Shown: one piece after another, positions 60,182-64,000 of the stretch | Layout of the letters: each line of letters opens with the position of its first letter | Position numbering within the stretch: the first letter of the stretch is position 1 | Origin: Scyliorhinus canicula | Lineage: Eukaryota | Assembly (NCBI RefSeq): GCF_902713615.1 | Contig: NC_052165.1 | Span: 14,648,348-14,712,347, forward strand | Direction: 5' to 3' | DNA: 64,000 bases | Program-made: the position numbers and the translations under genes | The notes under the pieces: model-generated | Told to the model about the DNA's origin: nothing | What the model saw: only the letters and a program-made list of their open reading frames with translations | The model's database searches: none

Positions 60182-61474
60182 AAGCATTACACCCCCCCCC
60201 CCCCCCCCACCCCCCCCCCCACCCCATAAAATCCAGCCCACAGATTCAGGAGCTGAGTGCAGACTTGTATGTGGCTCAGAGGTTCTAACCAGGCTGGATC
60301 AACCAGAGACCGTGGGACCGGGGCTAAAATTGTTGCCAAGGTCACAGAGTGTGTGGTGCAGGCTGGAGGCAGTTGTTTTGAGCTTTCAAATTGAAGATTG
60401 AATATTAGACACGTGGTCCAACAGAACATAGACGCTACACCTCAGACACACAAACTATTTCCATCATGTCGTGAGGTGTTCAACATTTTGTTTGAAATAG
60501 TGTGTGGAAATAACTTTCTGTGCATCATCTTATAATTCTGCCTCTTTAGTTCCATATGGCTCCTCATGCAGGCTGATGGAGTTGTACATTGCACAGATGC
60601 TTTTTTTTTATGATGACATTTTTAGAGCTATTCTGAAATTTAACTGTGAAATTTCAGTCCTGCTACCAAATTGGAATCAAATGCTGAAATTTGAATCTTT
60701 CAACATGTTGATCAATCCACCACACTCGGTGATCCTTTGTATTTTTAACCTACGGATGTGTCATTCTGCTGAGGTTTACCTTCTTGGCCAATTTGCAATG
60801 GACTCTTTTATAAAAGAACACCAGTTAAAGTAAATTAAGGCTGGTACCCGGAACAATGTCAAATGAAAGAGCAGCTCATCGAAATAGGGCTAAACCAGTC
60901 ACCTTTCATCCGCTGTCCTGTGGTAATAATCTATACGCTATACATGCTGCTGTCAAAGAACAAGGCCAGAGTATATTGCAGCCTTTACGCTCAGAGTGGT
61001 TTCGCTTTCATGTTGCAATGTAAAGAAATTAACACTGAGAGCACAGATAATATCATTTATTCACTCAATTTCATTAAAATTATGTATTCTGGCATGAAAT
61101 TAGCTTGACTTCTATACTTCTATCTAATGTATGATCTTCAGCTGCAGTGAAATTTTTATGTAGCTATCAGATTTATTTTTAAATGCAATTAAGATGCTCA
61201 GACTCGATTTGTTTTGGCACAGGTAATAACTCAAAAAATCAAGATCTGTCAACATGGCAGCTAACAATATTAGCACATTATTTTCATCTTAATAAAAATG
61301 CTAATAGATGCATTGTGACCTGACTGAGGCAAATAAAGTTACAGTCAAGTCTTAAATAAGGATTCATGGCAACAATATGCATCTATTGCTCTCCCAGGAT
61401 CACCTTCTGTCTCTCTGTGGAACATGCTACACATTTATCCCCGACTTCAAGAGCTAAGCTTACTTTAGATTGTT

Positions 61475-61775
61475 ATAACAATAACAATCTATTGTCACAA
61501 GTAGGCTGACATCAACACTGCAATGAAGTTACTGTGAAAATCCCCTAGTCGCCACACCCTGGCGCCTGTTCGGGTACACAGAGGGAGAATTCAGAATGTT
61601 CAATTCACCTAACAAGCATGTCTTTCAGGACTTGTGAGGGGAAATCGGAGCACCCGGAGGAGACCCATGCAGACATGGGGAGAACGTGTAGACTCCACAC
61701 AGTGATCCAAGCCGGGAATCGAACCTGGGGACACTGGCATGTGAAGCAACAGTGCTAACCACTGTGCCGCCGTGC
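61475..61775 (-). mobile_element. V-SINE with Rex1-like tail
   Basis: Same organisation as 59870-60181. Confidence 0.85.
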
Positions 61776-62209
61776 ATAAATAAGTTCCCACGCTTCTCTC
61801 TGGGCACAATAGCCGTTGATGTGGGAAATTGTGGCTGTCCACATGTGTTCCAACACTTGGATGAAGCTTCAAATGGTCACAATTGGAAATGAAATAATGG
61901 GAAATTCACAGAAGGTCAATCAGCATGCTGAAAGTGTAACAATGGCTGCCTATTTCAGTGTAGATGCTCATTTGGATGGAACTGAGGTTCTAACATTCCC
62001 CTCTGTCATGCCATTTTCCAAATAACCTATAAAAAATATCAAGTAAATAATTGAGGCGAACGATCAGCTGCAACATCAGGGGTGGGATTGTTCTATTTTT
62101 GCTGGCTTTTACATATTCATGTCCTGAACACTGTGCTGATGACATTGTCTGGGAACCTTGCCGGACACAGTTATTCAGCCTAGCAATGTGAGTGAGCATC
62201 TGAACTCAC

Positions 62210-62351
62210 ACCCACAACCAGATTGTCGATGCTCCCTGGGTTAATAATTGCATCTACTGCTGTTAATTCAACTCCTTCATCTGTCAGTCTCAGTAACTCT
62301 TCCAAGTCAGGATCTGATGATGTCACCAGCACCAGCAGTTCAAACCGCCCC
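62210..62351 (-). CDS. Candidate protein-coding exon of an unidentified gene (142 nt)
   Basis: Pyrimidine tract plus AG acceptor, GTGAGT donor, only one open frame: GRFELLVLVTSSDPDLEELLRLTDEGVELTAVDAIINPGSIDNLVVG. Confidence 0.45.
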
Positions 62352-63089
62352 CTTCCCAAAAAAAAATCAAAGGGAAATAGACATAAAAATAGAAGTGTTC
62401 TATTTAATCACAGATCTTTATACATTTATTTTAAACCGCTACGAATGATGAGATTTCTGTTTTAAGAATGCTTTATTAGCCTTTAGAAGACCGTAAGAAC
62501 ATTTTGCACATATTCCTTTATCCATGGTAATGGAAGAGACCCTTGAAGTAGGATTATATTTACAAAGGATTAGCCATGGGACTGGTGATGAAGATGTAAA
62601 TGTAAATGAATACATAGTCATGAAAGCATTGTCAAAGATTGTTCAAATTTAAAACATTTGCGTTTATGTGGGGTGGATCAATTTGAAATAGCAGATATAG
62701 ACAAAAGAGGGGATTTTTATTTTGAAATGGATCCATATTCTCTGCGCAGTCAAAGTCTGGCTGACAGATGAACTTTGCAACTCACTGAGTATTAAACTTC
62801 AACCTCAAAAGAAACTAAAAGGTGAAGTTAATTTGAAAATTGCATTTGAAGTATAATTTTAGCTGTGGTTGAGCAGAATATTTAACCAAAACAAGCTGGT
62901 TTGGGTTAAGGCGCATTGTCTAATACTGAACATTTTCATGATCAGAAACTCATACTCAGATTGATATATCGAAATATACTAAGATTGACTTCAATATTAT
63001 TCTACTAAGATCTACAATATTGCGTCTCTATGTCTAAGTGCGGTGGTGGGTAGTTACTGGGGCTCCATTCCCAATGGCTGGAATGAATC

Positions 63090-63400
63090 CATTGAATGCC
63101 TGCAGTGAGGAGCAGGCCATTCTGCCCGTCGAATCTGTACGGACTCCCTGACGAAGGCCCACTCCCCTGTCCTATCCCCGTAACCCTACCTGACCTGCAC
63201 ATCTTTGGACATTAAGGGGCAATTTATCATGGCCAATTCACCTAGCATGCACATCTTTGGACTGTGGGAGGAAACCGGAGCATCTGGAGGGAACCCATAC
63301 ATACACGGGGAGAAAGTGCAAACTCCTGACATTGGAATCGAACCCCGGGGAACCCTGACGCTGTGAAGCAGCAGAGGTAATCACTGCGTCACCGTGCCGC
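63090..63400 (-). mobile_element. HE1-type SINE (diverged)
   Basis: Core and CR1-type tail. Confidence 0.8.
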
Positions 63401-63639
63401 CTGGTATGGTGTGAACTTGCACTCGATTCCACGCTTGCAGTCGAATTAATTATACGAGTGAGTATCTATTTGAATCGCAAAGGGGGTCAGGATTAATTCG
63501 TCCACTCAGCATCAGCTGGCGGGCTCAAAGGTCCTGGAGCCATATTTAAATACCAGTGAAACACATTCATATCACTCTCCACTTCACCTGTCACCACTGA
63601 TCAACATGACATTCCGATACAAGCAAAAGTCCGCCTCCC

Positions 63640-63868
63640 TCAAGAAGAAGGCAGCACCACGCTCAATCAGCAGCCTCTCAAAACGTTGATTTGAGGAGGC
63701 CAGGTGCAGAGACACGTCCTCTCCTTGTGAAGGCTCCAGGAAGCACCTATGCATCAGCTCTCCGGCCTAGGAGATAGTCGCCCAGGCGGTCGGTGCGGCT
63801 GGTAACCATGCCTGTAGCGCTATCCCGTGCAGGAAGCGGATAAACAATCCCATCCACTCTGTCAGGGT
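63640..63868 (+). pseudogene. Harbinger Myb/SANT-like first-exon relic
   Basis: KKKAAPR...A*EIVAQAVGAAG..CSAIPCRKRINN followed by the donor CAGG|GTAA. Confidence 0.65.
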
Positions 63869-64000
63869 AACCTCAAGGTGGTGGGGTTCCTAGGTATCTG
63901 CTACTTTTGTCCTTCTCGATGGTAGTGGTTGTGAGTTTGGAAGGTGCTGCCTAAGGAACCTTGCAGTGCATCTTGCTAATGGTAGACATGGCTCCCACTG

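Noticed and set aside
62223-62465. Ser-rich plus-strand ORF
   Set aside because: Antisense shadow of the minus-strand exon candidate

Overview
Repeat-dense vertebrate genomic DNA, almost certainly from a cartilaginous fish (shark-type): about 25 HE1/V-SINE-type tRNA-derived SINEs plus CR1/HER1-type LINEs dominate. No intact cellular gene could be named; only a few candidate exons are seen, the best at 62210-62351 on the minus strand. Mobile DNA includes a near full-length CR1 with zinc-finger/esterase ORF1 and APE-RT ORF2 (47991-52805), Rex1/Babar, L2 and RTE fragments, and a Penelope RT/GIY-YIG element with a minimal hammerhead ribozyme. There is also a gag-only Gypsy-type LTR element with a >600-codon ORF, several solo LTRs with 4-bp TSDs, and many GC-rich PIF/Harbinger-type TIR elements with relics of both Harbinger genes. 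The most notable observations are a cryptic DIRS1-like tyrosine recombinase relic, duplicated and sitting between inverted repeats (2.3-4.1 kb), the gag-only element, and a modular SINE system whose tails match different partner LINE clades. All calls come from reading motifs by eye; no database searches were run and boundaries are approximate unless a TSD is given.
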